Below are positions 9,536 to 19,721 of a DNA stretch of 64,000 nt, one piece after another. The notes below the pieces were generated by a model. The model saw only the letters and a program-made list of their open reading frames with translations, made no database searches and was not told the DNA's origin. Numbering within the stretch: position 1 is the stretch's first letter; each line of letters opens with the position of its first letter. The DNA comes from Lawsonibacter sp. (lineage in GTDB: Bacteria > Bacillota > Clostridia > Oscillospirales > Oscillospiraceae). A program made the position numbers and the translations under genes. The stretch is taken from positions 165 through 64,164 of the forward strand of contig JAAWIE010000004.1 of the NCBI GenBank assembly GCA_022796195.1, given 5' to 3'.

Positions 9536-10798
9536 ATGCCCATTATCATTCCATATGTACCCAGCACCATTACCGTACACCTGGGACTCCCCGACCAGTG
9601 GGCGGAAAATGTAACTGTTTCCTTTCCGGACTATGTGAAAAATGTGGCCTCCAGCGAGATATACCCCACTTGGGAACCGGCGGCAATCCGGGCCAATATA
9701 CTGGCGATCATCTCCTTTGCCCTGAACCGAGTGTATACCGAATTTTATCCCAGCCGGGGCTATGACTTCCAGATCACCTCTACTACCCAGTATGACCAAA
9801 AATTTATCCGTGGCCGGAACATCTTTGAAAACATCAGCCAGATGGTAGACGAGATTTTTAACGACTATATCCGCCGCCAGGGGTACGTGGAACCGCTGGC
9901 CGCCAAATTCTGCAACGGCACCACCTCCACCTGCGACGGTCTGTCTCAGTGGGGCAGTCAGGACCTGGCCCAGGAGGGTGCTAACTCTATGGAAATCCTG
10001 CGCCACTACTACGGAAATGATATTGAACTTGTGGTAGATGCGCCCATTCAAGACATCACCGCCTCCTACCCGGGAACGCCTCTGCGGCTGGGTTCTGTGG
10101 CCCAAAATGTGACCGTTGTACAGGCTATGATTAACCGGATTTCTCAAAACTACCCTGCCATTCCTAAAATATCTCCGGTAACCGGGGTGTTTGAAGAGGA
10201 TACCCGAGACGCGGTCCTTTCCTTCCAGCGGATATTTAATCTGGTCCCGGACGGTGTAGTGGGCAAAGCCACTTGGTACAAGATGGTCTATCTGTACTCC
10301 GGTATTTTGCAGCTGGCGGAACTGGTAAGCCAGGGGCAGCAGTTTGTGGCGGTCGAGTTCCAGTTTGCCGGTCCGCTGGAGGAGGGGGACAGCGGACCGG
10401 AGGTAGGGATCCTCCAGTATATGCTGGCCCTTCTGGCCCAGTTCGACAATTCCTTGCCCCCCATGACCGTGGACGGCAATTTTGGCCCCGCAACCACCCA
10501 GGCGGTACGCACCTACCAGCAGCTGGTGGGCCTCACCCCCAACGGCTCTGTGGATGAGACCACTTGGAACTCTATTTACAGCAATTTTGCTTTGGCGGAC
10601 TATTTCCTCCGCCGGGACACGGTGCGGGCTCAGTCTCTGCGGCAGGATGCGGTCCCCGTCCTATTTCAGGAGAGCGCAACCCCGGCGCCGGGTGTGGAGC
10701 GTTGGGATGATACCCCGCGGATGGGTCAATACCCGGGCCGTCCTCTGGAACTGGGCCAGAGGGACCAAACAAACGAACCGGAAGGAGTGAAAGTATGA
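9536..10798 (+). CDS. sleC: SleC-like spore cortex-lytic enzyme with peptidoglycan-binding domains
   Basis: PSTITVHLG, DYVKNVASSEIYPTW, NRVYTE, YDQKF, QWGS, ILRHYYG, then two PG_binding_1-type domains (DGVVGKATW; DGNFGPAT); RBS AGGAGG before ATG 9536. Confidence 0.85.
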   Translation: MPIIIPYVPSTITVHLGLPDQWAENVTVSFPDYVKNVASSEIYPTWEPAAIRANILAIISFALNRVYTEFYPSRGYDFQITSTTQYDQKFIRGRNIFENISQMVDEIFNDYIRRQGYVEPLAAKFCNGTTSTCDGLSQWGSQDLAQEGANSMEILRHYYGNDIELVVDAPIQDITASYPGTPLRLGSVAQNVTVVQAMINRISQNYPAIPKISPVTGVFEEDTRDAVLSFQRIFNLVPDGVVGKATWYKMVYLYSGILQLAELVSQGQQFVAVEFQFAGPLEEGDSGPEVGILQYMLALLAQFDNSLPPMTVDGNFGPATTQAVRTYQQLVGLTPNGSVDETTWNSIYSNFALADYFLRRDTVRAQSLRQDAVPVLFQESATPAPGVERWDDTPRMGQYPGRPLELGQRDQTNEPEGVKV

Positions 10799-11376
10799 GA
10801 GACAGCGCGGCGGGCCGGGAGCTGCTGGAGCGGGATATGCTGTCCAACCCGGTAAGCAGTCTGCAATATATGCTGCGGCAGTTGTCCAAAACCTACCAAT
10901 GGCTGCCCGAGCTGGTGGTAGACGGCTTCTATGGCGAACGAACCCTGGAGGCAGTGATGCAGTTTCAGCGGGCGGCCGGACTGCCTGTCACCGGAACGGT
11001 GGACCAGGCCACTTGGGACGCCATACGCAGCTGCTGGCTGGAGCAGGAGAGCCGTGAGAGCTACTCCCGGGCCACCCGGATCTTTCCCTCAGAAGGGATT
11101 CAAGTCCACGAGGGAAACAGCAAAGAGTATATGATCATCCCGCAGACCATGTTCAATGTACTGTCCAAGCACTTTAACGGGATTACCCCATGCGAGGCAG
11201 ACGGAAACCACGGTCCGGCCTCAGCGGCCAATGTCCGGTGGCTGCAAAAGGCCGCCGGTCTGCCGGAAACGGGCTGTATGAATAAGGCTACCTGGGACGC
11301 ATTGTCCCACCTCTACGAGATTTTTGTGGTTCAGGACACCGACTGCCTGCCGGAGTTTACCGGCGGCTGGGGATGA
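10795..11376 (+). CDS. Peptidoglycan-binding domain protein
   Basis: LQYML...DGFYGERTLEAVMQFQRAAGLPVTGTVDQATW plus a second repeat; 4-nt overlap with upstream gene. Confidence 0.85.
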   Translation: MRDSAAGRELLERDMLSNPVSSLQYMLRQLSKTYQWLPELVVDGFYGERTLEAVMQFQRAAGLPVTGTVDQATWDAIRSCWLEQESRESYSRATRIFPSEGIQVHEGNSKEYMIIPQTMFNVLSKHFNGITPCEADGNHGPASAANVRWLQKAAGLPETGCMNKATWDALSHLYEIFVVQDTDCLPEFTGGWG

Positions 11377-11411
11377 GCGAAGGACCTTCCCCGCCGAAAA
11401 CAGCGTATACC

Positions 11412-11445
11412 AAAACCCGCCCGTTCCAAATAGGAGCGGGCGGGT
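11412..11445. terminator. Intrinsic terminator between convergent genes
   Basis: aaaACCCGCCCGTTCC-aaata-GGAGCGGGCGGGT hairpin; U tract on minus strand. Confidence 0.7.
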
Positions 11446-11449
11446 CAAA

Positions 11450-13282
11450 TTATTCGTCTCTCAAAAGCCATGCAAAGCCGTTGGGCCACAGCTCAACACA
11501 GTGCAGTCCGTCATATTGGGCGCCGTACATCAGCTCAGTCCAGCCGCCGGTCCGGTCCACACCAGCCCGGACAAACTCCCCGCTGAAATTAAACAAACAG
11601 ACCAGTTCCCGGTTTCCGGCTCTGCGTGAGATTGCCAGCACCCGGCAGTCTCCGCTATCCTCCACTCTAACCTCCGCGTCCCCATCAAAGCAGGGCTCTC
11701 CGGCCCGGAGTTCCTCCAGCCGCCGCAGACCCTGGAACAGCTTGCCCTGGCGGGTATTCGGGTCGGTGCGGTACTCGGCCAAGTCCCACTGGAAGTTTCC
11801 CCGGTGAATATACCGGCTGTCCTCCCGCCGGTCCGGGTTATCATGGTAGGAATAATCGTTGAGCTGACCAATCTCGTCCCCGCTGTAGATGACGGGAATC
11901 CCGCTCTGAGACAGCATCCAGGCATGGAGGGTGAGGTCGCAGGCTACGGCCCGCTCCAGCTTGAAGGGGTCCTGTTCAAAGTCGGCGGCCTCCGTGCCGC
12001 ATAGAGAGGCGGTGGTGCCGCACAGCCGCGCGTCGCCCAAGCGGGGGTCGTCGTTGTACAGCTCGCCCCGAGCCCCGCTGCCCGGATACTGGCCGGTAAA
12101 CCAGCTGTTGAGATACCGCTTATGGGCCACTTCGCTGGTTCCAAAGTGCTGGCCCAGCCAGGGGTAATCCAGCCCCCAGCCGATATCGTCGTGACACCGC
12201 AGATAGTTCAAAAACAGGAAGTCCTTGGGCAGGGCGCATACCGCCTCCATCTGCCTTCTCAGCAGCGAGACGTCTCCGGTAGCCAAGGTGTGCCATGTGG
12301 TCGCCATTGTGGTAACATTGTAAAGCATATGACACTCAGGCTTTTCTGGAGAACCGAAGTAGGGGGCCACCTTGGCCGGTTCCATCACCACCTCTCCCAG
12401 CAGAAGAACACTGGGACAGACCACTTCGCAGACTATGCGCATCATCCGGGTCAGAGTATGTACCTGGGGCAGGTTGCGGCAGTCGGTGCCCAGTTCCTTC
12501 CAAATGTAGGGGACTGCGTCCAGCCGAATGACGTCAATACCCTGGTTGGCCAGGAACAGCAAGTTTTCGGTCATATCGTTAAAGACCACCGGGTTGGCAT
12601 AGTTCAGGTCCCACTGATAGGGATAAAAGCTGGTCATGACAATCTGCCCGTTTTCCAGCTGGGTAAAGCTGCCTGGGGCGGTTGTGGGGAACACCTGGGG
12701 GACCGTCTGTTCAAACTTCCAGGGGATGTCCCATGAGTCGTAGAAAAAGTACCGCGCCCTGCACTCCGGGTCACCGGAGCGGGCTTTTTTCGCCCACTCA
12801 TGCTCCTCGCTGGTGTGGTTCATCACAAAGTCCAGACACAGGCTGATTCCCCGCTTCCGGCAGGCATCGGCCAGCCCTTCCAGGTCCTTCATCGTCCCAA
12901 GTTCCGGCTGGACGGTCCGAAAATCGGAGACGGCGTACCCCCCGTCGCTGCGGCCCTTGGGGGTAGCCAGCAGGGGCATCAGGTGGAGGTAATTGACCCC
13001 GCATTCCCGAAGATAGGGCAGTTTTTCCTCCACACCCTTCAACGTTCCGGCGAAGGCGTCCACGTAGAGCATCATACCCAGCAGCTCCCGGCCGCGGTAC
13101 CAGTTGGGTTCGGCCTCCCGCGCCTTGTCCCGGCGGCGCAGCGCCTCTTTCCGTCCAGCCCAGCAGCGTCGGAGCATTTCTAAAAAATATTGGAACGCGC
13201 TTTTGTCATGATAAAGAGAATCGTAGAGCGATGTTAATTCACCGATATGCCGTTCCAGGCGGCGGTCAAAAGCGGTTTGCAT
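11450..13282 (-). CDS. Amylosucrase-like GH13 glycosidase
   Basis: YLHLMPLL, SDGGYAVSDFR, DFVMNHTS, RLDAVPYIWK, YLRCHDDIGW; start at MQTAF after AGGAGG. Confidence 0.88.
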   Translation of the reverse strand: MQTAFDRRLERHIGELTSLYDSLYHDKSAFQYFLEMLRRCWAGRKEALRRRDKAREAEPNWYRGRELLGMMLYVDAFAGTLKGVEEKLPYLRECGVNYLHLMPLLATPKGRSDGGYAVSDFRTVQPELGTMKDLEGLADACRKRGISLCLDFVMNHTSEEHEWAKKARSGDPECRARYFFYDSWDIPWKFEQTVPQVFPTTAPGSFTQLENGQIVMTSFYPYQWDLNYANPVVFNDMTENLLFLANQGIDVIRLDAVPYIWKELGTDCRNLPQVHTLTRMMRIVCEVVCPSVLLLGEVVMEPAKVAPYFGSPEKPECHMLYNVTTMATTWHTLATGDVSLLRRQMEAVCALPKDFLFLNYLRCHDDIGWGLDYPWLGQHFGTSEVAHKRYLNSWFTGQYPGSGARGELYNDDPRLGDARLCGTTASLCGTEAADFEQDPFKLERAVACDLTLHAWMLSQSGIPVIYSGDEIGQLNDYSYHDNPDRREDSRYIHRGNFQWDLAEYRTDPNTRQGKLFQGLRRLEELRAGEPCFDGDAEVRVEDSGDCRVLAISRRAGNRELVCLFNFSGEFVRAGVDRTGGWTELMYGAQYDGLHCVELWPNGFAWLLRDE

Positions 13283-13597
13283 GGGAGTCCCCCTCCTGTA
13301 TTTGATTTGCCCTGAATATATCATAATGGATAGGCCGGACGCAAGAGTGAAAACCGCATTTTATGTTTTGCATAAACAAAAAGCCTTGAAACTGTGCAGT
13401 TTTAATAAAATGTTCAGAAAACATACCAAGATGTTGTCCGATATGCACACGCATAGTGTTTCCCAACATTCGGGTATATTTAGTAAAATCCAGTCCATTT
13501 ACAGGCAGGCAAAAACAGTATTATTATTTTCCCATAAGTTACGTACGTTTCTGAGTGTGTCACAACCAAATCAAAGCAAAAGCAGAGGAGTGGAGTT

Positions 13598-14896
13598 ATG
13601 AAAAAGATACCCCGTATCACGGCCTTTGTCTTGACCATAACGCTGCTGCTGTCCCTGTCCGGGTGCGGCGCGACCGATGGCAAGACCCATCTCAAATTAC
13701 AGATCTGGGATGTGGCCCAGAGAGACAGTATGCAGGCCATCTGCGACGCCTATACCGCCAAAAACCCTGACGTGACCATTGAGGTACAGGTCACCAGCTG
13801 GAACGAGTACTGGACCAAGCTGGAAGCCGCCGCCGAATCCAACACCATGCCGGACATCTTCTGGATGCACACCAACCAGATTTTGTACTACTCCGACTTC
13901 GGGATGCTGGCCGATGTGACCGATCTCTATGAGGATGTGGAGCCGAACTACTACGAAAACCATTTCTCCGAAATTTCCATTGGCAACGCCCAGGGCAGCA
14001 ATGGCCGGATGTACGGCGTGCCCAAGGACAAGGATAACATCTTCCTGGTTTACAACCGCGAGATGTTCGATGCCGCTGGAGTGGCCTACCCCGACGACAC
14101 CTGGACCTGGGACGACCTGACTGCCGCTTCCGCTCAGATTTACGACAAAACCGGCAAATATGGTTTTATGGCTTATAACGACGACCAGATGGGCTATTGG
14201 AGCTTTGTCTACCAGGCCGGCGGCTGCATCCTGACCGAGGACAAAACCCAGGGCGGTTTCGACCAGCCCGGCACCAAGAAGGGCATGGAGTTTTATGTGG
14301 GGATGCAGAACAACGACTGGTGCCCCAAACAGGCATATTTTGCCGAAACCGCACCCGGCACCGCCTTCTTCTCCGAAGTGGGTTCCATGTACATAGAGGG
14401 CAACTGGGAACTGATGAACAAGTGCATCAACTTCCCCAACATGAAGGGCAAGTGGGATATCGCCCCCATGCCCAAGTGCCCTGACCCGGTCAGCGGCGAC
14501 GGCCGGGCCACCATCTCCAACGGCCTGTGCTACGCCACTGCCGCCCACGGCAAAACCAAAGATATCGCGCTGGACGTTATCAAGTTCTTCGGCACTGAGG
14601 AAGCGCAGCTGCTGGCCAGTTCCTACGGTGCGGCTATCTCCGCCTACAACGGTACAGAGCAGCCTTACTTCGACGCCTTCGACAAAGCCGGCTACGACAT
14701 CAATGTGGAAATTGTGATGGACCAGTTTGAATACGGTGTCCAGAACGTAAACAATGCCGCCAAGCCTAAGTGGAAGAGCCCGGTGCTGGATGAGATGAAC
14801 AAGCTCTACAACGGCCAGCAGAACCTGGACAGTGCATTAGCGAACATTCAGACCATCATAAACACAGAAACCGCCAAGAAATTGGCGGGAGACTGA
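13598..14896 (+). CDS. Sugar ABC transporter substrate-binding lipoprotein
   Basis: Lipobox LSLSGC, MPDIFWM, YGVP, YNREMFDAAG, WTWDDL. Confidence 0.92.
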   Translation: MKKIPRITAFVLTITLLLSLSGCGATDGKTHLKLQIWDVAQRDSMQAICDAYTAKNPDVTIEVQVTSWNEYWTKLEAAAESNTMPDIFWMHTNQILYYSDFGMLADVTDLYEDVEPNYYENHFSEISIGNAQGSNGRMYGVPKDKDNIFLVYNREMFDAAGVAYPDDTWTWDDLTAASAQIYDKTGKYGFMAYNDDQMGYWSFVYQAGGCILTEDKTQGGFDQPGTKKGMEFYVGMQNNDWCPKQAYFAETAPGTAFFSEVGSMYIEGNWELMNKCINFPNMKGKWDIAPMPKCPDPVSGDGRATISNGLCYATAAHGKTKDIALDVIKFFGTEEAQLLASSYGAAISAYNGTEQPYFDAFDKAGYDINVEIVMDQFEYGVQNVNNAAKPKWKSPVLDEMNKLYNGQQNLDSALANIQTIINTETAKKLAGD

Positions 14897-14910
14897 GAGG
14901 AGGGCTTTTG

Positions 14911-15798
14911 GTGAACAACAAACTGTCCCCCGCCGCCCGGCGGGAAGAAAATTGGGGCTGGATTATGGTCGCCCCCACCATCATCGGCCTGGTGGTGCTG
15001 AACCTGTGGCCCTTCGTTCAGACCATTTACACCAGCTTCTGTGAACACCTGGGCTTCGGCCACTACAAGTTCGTGGGTCTGGCCAACTACTCTGAGATTT
15101 TCCAAACCCCTGAATTTTGGAAAGCCACTTGGAATACCATTCTGTTTTGCATCCTCACCGTTCCTGTGGGACTGTTCTTATCCCTGCTGGTGGCCATGCT
15201 CCTCAACGCCAAAGTGAAGTTCAAGGGCGGATTCCGTACCATCTTCTTCCTGCCCATGGTCTGCGCCCCCGCCGCTGTTACTATGGTGTGGCGCTGGATT
15301 TTCAACGGCGAGTACGGTATTCTCAACCAGGTGCTGGGCGCCCATGTGGGCTGGATCACCGACCCCACATTTGTTATGGTCTCCTGCTCCGTTGTCGCTA
15401 TCTGGAGCAACATCGGCTATGATGCGGTACTGCTTCTGGCGGGCCTGCAAAACATCCCCAAAACCCTTTACGAGGCTAACAGCATCGACGGCGCGGGCAA
15501 GGTGAAGCAGTTCTTCACCATCACTCTGCCCATGGTCTCCCCCACCCTGTTTGTGGTCATGATTATGCGCCTGATGTCCGCCGTGAAGGTCTACGACCTG
15601 ATTTACATGATGGTAGAAGAGACCAACCCGGCCGTTACCAGCGTACAGAGCCTGATGTACCTGTTCTACCGCGAGTCCTTCATCGCCGGCAGCCGCGGCA
15701 CCGGTTCTGCCATTGTCATCTGGACGGTTCTGCTCATCGGAATGATTACGGTGATCCAGTTCTACGGCCAGAAGAAGTGGGTCAATTACGACGTGTAA
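14911..15798 (+). CDS. Sugar ABC transporter permease (MalF-like)
   Basis: FRTIFFLP, EAA loop LYEANSIDGA, multiple TM helices; GTG start after GAGGAGG. Confidence 0.92.
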   Translation: MNNKLSPAARREENWGWIMVAPTIIGLVVLNLWPFVQTIYTSFCEHLGFGHYKFVGLANYSEIFQTPEFWKATWNTILFCILTVPVGLFLSLLVAMLLNAKVKFKGGFRTIFFLPMVCAPAAVTMVWRWIFNGEYGILNQVLGAHVGWITDPTFVMVSCSVVAIWSNIGYDAVLLLAGLQNIPKTLYEANSIDGAGKVKQFFTITLPMVSPTLFVVMIMRLMSAVKVYDLIYMMVEETNPAVTSVQSLMYLFYRESFIAGSRGTGSAIVIWTVLLIGMITVIQFYGQKKWVNYDV

Positions 15799-15811
15799 GG
15801 AGGAAGCTGAG

Positions 15812-16651
15812 ATGAAAAACCGTTCTCTGGAAGCCGCTCAGAAGCGGATGACCATTATCACCTACGCCGCCCTGATCATCGGCGCGCTCATCATGATCTT
15901 CCCCTTTGTGTGGATGATTCTGACCAGTCTCAAAACCGTCCCCGAGAGCATGAAGGTGCCCCCCACCATCTTCCCGCAGGAAGTGGTAACCAGCAACTTC
16001 GGTGACGCGATGAAGAGCCTGCCCTTCCTCAAGCTGTATCTGAACACCGGCCTGATGATTTTCTTCCGTGTCATCTGCGCGGTAGCCTTCAGCTCCATGG
16101 CGGGTTACGCCTTCGCCATGCTGGAGTTCCGGGGCAAGAAGCTGCTCTTCGGCATCGTGCTGGTGCAGATGTCCCTTCCCTCTCAGATTTTCATTATTCC
16201 TCAGTATCAGATGGTAGCCAAAATGGGTCTGGCTAACAGCATCTTCGCCCTGGTCTTCCCCGGCATCGTCAGCGCCTTCGGCGTGTTCTTCCTGCGGCAG
16301 ACCTACATGGGTATCCCCAAAGAGGTGGGTGAGGCCGCGTACTTAGACGGCTGCAATCAGTGGCAGACCTTCTACAAAGTCATGTTCCCCCTCACCGGCA
16401 CTTCCGTGGCCGCGCTGACCATCTTCACAGCCGTGTTCGCGTACAGCGACCTGATGTGGCCCCTGGTGGTCAATTCCGACCTGAATATGATGACCCTTTC
16501 CTCCGGTCTGGCCACCCTGCGCGGCCAGTTCACTACCAACTTCCCCGTGCTGATGGCAGGCTCCCTGCTGGCAATGCTGCCCATGGTCATTCTCTATTTG
16601 ATCTTCCAGCGCCAGTTCATCGAGGGAATCGCCTCCACCGGCGGTAAATAA
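15812..16651 (+). CDS. Sugar ABC transporter permease (MalG-like)
   Basis: PFVWMILTSLK, AGYAFA, EAAYLDG, FQRQFIEGI. Confidence 0.92.
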   Translation: MKNRSLEAAQKRMTIITYAALIIGALIMIFPFVWMILTSLKTVPESMKVPPTIFPQEVVTSNFGDAMKSLPFLKLYLNTGLMIFFRVICAVAFSSMAGYAFAMLEFRGKKLLFGIVLVQMSLPSQIFIIPQYQMVAKMGLANSIFALVFPGIVSAFGVFFLRQTYMGIPKEVGEAAYLDGCNQWQTFYKVMFPLTGTSVAALTIFTAVFAYSDLMWPLVVNSDLNMMTLSSGLATLRGQFTTNFPVLMAGSLLAMLPMVILYLIFQRQFIEGIASTGGK

Positions 16652-16681
16652 GCGTTCTCCTTTCTCTCTTTCCCCCCTTTC

Positions 16682-16715
16682 GAACAGCCCCGGCAATCAC
16701 TTGCCGGGGCTGTTC
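16682..16715. terminator. Strong hairpin (terminator or stabilising stem-loop)
   Basis: GAACAGCCCCGGCAA-tcac-TTGCCGGGGCTGTTC, perfect 15-bp inverted repeat without a clear U tract. Confidence 0.6.
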
Positions 16716-16849
16716 CCCTAAAAACTCGACAATTTTTCATCCGAACCGGGGGCGGCAATTTGTAGAAAATTTTAGCAATTAAGCCTTGCCTCCCGGCGAG
16801 AAATCTCGTACAATACTGCCCATAAAATTTCTTTCAGGGGGTATCCCTC

Positions 16850-19033
16850 ATGATCACACTTGACAACGCAAACAAAGTCTTTACTCTGCACACCCAAAAC
16901 ACCACTTATCAAATGAAGGCCGACGAGTACAACGTGCTGCTCCACACCTACTATGGCCCCCGTGTCAGCGGCGGCGACCTGTCCTATCTGATTCAATACG
17001 CAGACCGGGGGTCCTCCCCCAACCCCAATGAGGCGGGCCACCGCCGGGACTACTCCCTGGACACCCTGCCCCAGGAGTATTCCACCTGCGGGGTGGGGGA
17101 TTTCCGTCTGCCCTCCATCGAGTTTGAACCGGAGGACGGAAGCCGTCTGGCCGACCTGCGCTATGCAGGCCATGAGCTCCAAGCGGGTAAATACACCCTG
17201 GAGGGCCTGCCTGCCTTTTGGGGCGGTGAGGAGTGGGAAACGCTGGTCCTCCACATGGAAGACGCTTCGACCCACATGTCGGTCGACCTGTACTATGGCG
17301 TGTTGGAAAAATACGACCTGATCACCCGGGCCGTCCGGGTGACCAACCGGGGGACGGCCCCCGTTCAGCTCCGCCGCTGCGCCTCCCTGTGTCTGGACCT
17401 CCAGCGGGGAGACTTCGACTTCATCACCTTCGACGGCTGTCACGCCCAAGAGCGCAATCTGAACCGCGCTCCGCTGCGTCAGGGGGTACAGAGTGTAGAG
17501 AGTGTACGGGGCACCTCCAGCCATCACCACAACCCCTTTGTAATCCTCTGCGACCACAACGCCAACGAGGACTACGGCCTGTGCTACGGCACAGCTCTGC
17601 TCTACAGCGGCAATTTCCTGGCCGCAGTGGAACGCATCCATCTGGAACACAACCGCCTTTTGCTGGGCATCAACCCCTACCATTTCTGCTGGACCCTCGC
17701 CCCCGGCGAGTCCTTCACCGCCCCGGAAGCGGCAATGGTCTGTTCCCCCTCCGGGCTGGGCCAGATGAGCCGTCAGTTCCACCGCGCCATCCGGGAAAAC
17801 CTGATCCATGATCCCCTTCAGGGCAAACGCCGCCCGGTACTGATTAACAATTGGGAGGCCACCGAGTTCACTTTCGACGCGGAAAAGCTGGTAAGTATTG
17901 CTCAATCTGCGGCCCCACTGGGACTGGAACTGTTCGTCATGGACGACGGCTGGTTTGGCGTACGAGACACCGACACCAGCAGCCTGGGCGACTGGACCGT
18001 CAACCAGAAAAAGCTCCCCGGCGGACTGGAGGCTCTGGTTCCCCGGGTAAAAAAGCTGGGTATGGACTTTGGCATCTGGGTGGAACCGGAAATGATCAGC
18101 GAGGACAGCGACCTCTACCGTGCCCACCCCGACTGGGCATTGGGGGTTCCAGGCCGTCCCCACACCCGGGGCCGGAGCCAGCTGACCCTGGATTTCTCCC
18201 GTCAAGAGGTCCGGGACCACATTTACACGGCCATCAAAAAGGTGCTGGACTGCGCCGAGATCACCTATGTCAAGTGGGACATGAACCGCAGTCTTACCGA
18301 CGTATGGTCCGCCGCTTTGCCCGCCAACCGGCAGGGCGAGGTCTTCCACCGTTACATTCTGGGCGTCTATGAACTGCTGGACCGGATGCGCCGGGACTAC
18401 CCTCACATCCTGATTGAGGGCTGCACCGGCGGCGGCGGACGCTTCGACGCGGGAATGCTCTACTACACCCCGCAGATCTGGTGCAGCGACAACACCGATG
18501 CCATCGACCGCATACGCATTCAGTACGGCACCTCCTTCTGCTATCCGGTCTCCACCATGGGGGCCCATGTCTCCGCCGTACCCAACGGCCTGACCGGCCG
18601 CAGTGTGCCCATCGAGACGCGGGGTGTAGTGGCGCTGTCGGGCACCTTCGGCTACGAAATGGATTTAAACGAAACAACTCAGGAGGAAAAAGAAATCATC
18701 ATGCAGCAGGTAGCTTTCTTTAAGGAACATTATGATCTTATTCAGAAGGGCGATTACTACCGCCTGACCGACCCCTTCCACAATCCTGACTTTCACGCTT
18801 GGGCGCAGGTTTCCACCGACCAGCGCGAGGCCCTGGTCTCACTGGTATCCGGCACCGTACACGCCTCCGCCCCCTTCCACGTCCTGCGGCTGAAGGGCCT
18901 GGACCCCGCACTCACTTATCAGGTCAACGGCGAGGGCTCCTATCCCGGCGACGCGCTGATGGAAGCAGGATGGCCCCTGCCCCTCTTCCAGGACGATTAC
19001 CAGCCCACGCTGCTGTATTTGAAAGCAATCTAA
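16850..19033 (+). CDS. Alpha-galactosidase, GH36
   Basis: INNWEAT, LFVMDDGWFG, FGIWVEPEM, YVKWDMNR, GGGGRFD, WCSDNTD. Confidence 0.95.
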   Translation: MITLDNANKVFTLHTQNTTYQMKADEYNVLLHTYYGPRVSGGDLSYLIQYADRGSSPNPNEAGHRRDYSLDTLPQEYSTCGVGDFRLPSIEFEPEDGSRLADLRYAGHELQAGKYTLEGLPAFWGGEEWETLVLHMEDASTHMSVDLYYGVLEKYDLITRAVRVTNRGTAPVQLRRCASLCLDLQRGDFDFITFDGCHAQERNLNRAPLRQGVQSVESVRGTSSHHHNPFVILCDHNANEDYGLCYGTALLYSGNFLAAVERIHLEHNRLLLGINPYHFCWTLAPGESFTAPEAAMVCSPSGLGQMSRQFHRAIRENLIHDPLQGKRRPVLINNWEATEFTFDAEKLVSIAQSAAPLGLELFVMDDGWFGVRDTDTSSLGDWTVNQKKLPGGLEALVPRVKKLGMDFGIWVEPEMISEDSDLYRAHPDWALGVPGRPHTRGRSQLTLDFSRQEVRDHIYTAIKKVLDCAEITYVKWDMNRSLTDVWSAALPANRQGEVFHRYILGVYELLDRMRRDYPHILIEGCTGGGGRFDAGMLYYTPQIWCSDNTDAIDRIRIQYGTSFCYPVSTMGAHVSAVPNGLTGRSVPIETRGVVALSGTFGYEMDLNETTQEEKEIIMQQVAFFKEHYDLIQKGDYYRLTDPFHNPDFHAWAQVSTDQREALVSLVSGTVHASAPFHVLRLKGLDPALTYQVNGEGSYPGDALMEAGWPLPLFQDDYQPTLLYLKAI

Positions 19034-19038
19034 CCCGG

Positions 19039-19075
19039 CCCCCGCCTGTTCCGGAAGGAAGAGGCGGGGGTTTTT
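19039..19075 (+). terminator. Intrinsic terminator
   Basis: CCCCCGCCT...AGGCGGGGG followed by TTTTT. Confidence 0.65.
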
Positions 19076-19159
19076 GCAAAATGTTCCTTACATCTTTACC
19101 CAATTGCAGATTTGTGGTATACTAAGATAAATTACTATACAAACCGGGAGGAATGTATT

Positions 19160-19702
19160 ATGGACCTGAACGAACAGATGGTGAGCAGCCAGACCCTTTT
19201 TGAGGGCAAAATCATCAAAGTAACCCTGGACCAGGCCCGTCTGCCCGACGGAAGTTTGGCCGCCCGCGAGGTAGTCTACCACCCCGGCGGAGTGGCGGTA
19301 CTGGCGCTGGACGAGGACAAAACGGTCTATCTGGTCCAGCAGTACCGCTATCCCATCCAGCAGCTTTTGCTGGAACTGCCCGCCGGAAAGCTGGACCATG
19401 GGGCGGAAGAGGACCGGCTTCTTGGGGCAAAGCGGGAACTGAGCGAGGAGACCGGCTTAGAGGCGTCGGATTGGACCTATTTGGGCTACTCGCTGGCCTC
19501 TCCGGGCTTCTGTAACGAGGCTTTGCATATGTACTTGGCTCAGGGACTGACCCGAAATAAACAGCACTTGGATGCGGACGAGTTTTTGGATGTGGTAACC
19601 ATGCCTTTTGACGAACTGGTAAAGCAGGTGATGGACGGCACAATTACCGATGGAAAAACAGTGTCCACCACCCTAAAGGTAAAGGTCCTGTTGGGCCTGT
19701 AA
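19160..19702 (+). CDS. NUDIX hydrolase (ADP-ribose pyrophosphatase-like)
   Basis: ELPAGKLD...AKRELSEETG Nudix box, SPGF; upstream TTTACC-N17-TATACT promoter with TG. Confidence 0.9.
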   Translation: MDLNEQMVSSQTLFEGKIIKVTLDQARLPDGSLAAREVVYHPGGVAVLALDEDKTVYLVQQYRYPIQQLLLELPAGKLDHGAEEDRLLGAKRELSEETGLEASDWTYLGYSLASPGFCNEALHMYLAQGLTRNKQHLDADEFLDVVTMPFDELVKQVMDGTITDGKTVSTTLKVKVLLGL

Positions 19703-19721
19703 GGAAAAGGAGGCCGGTCCT

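Noticed and set aside
16772-18568. 598-aa ORF antisense to the alpha-galactosidase
   Set aside because: GC-rich shadow ORF with no recognisable domain
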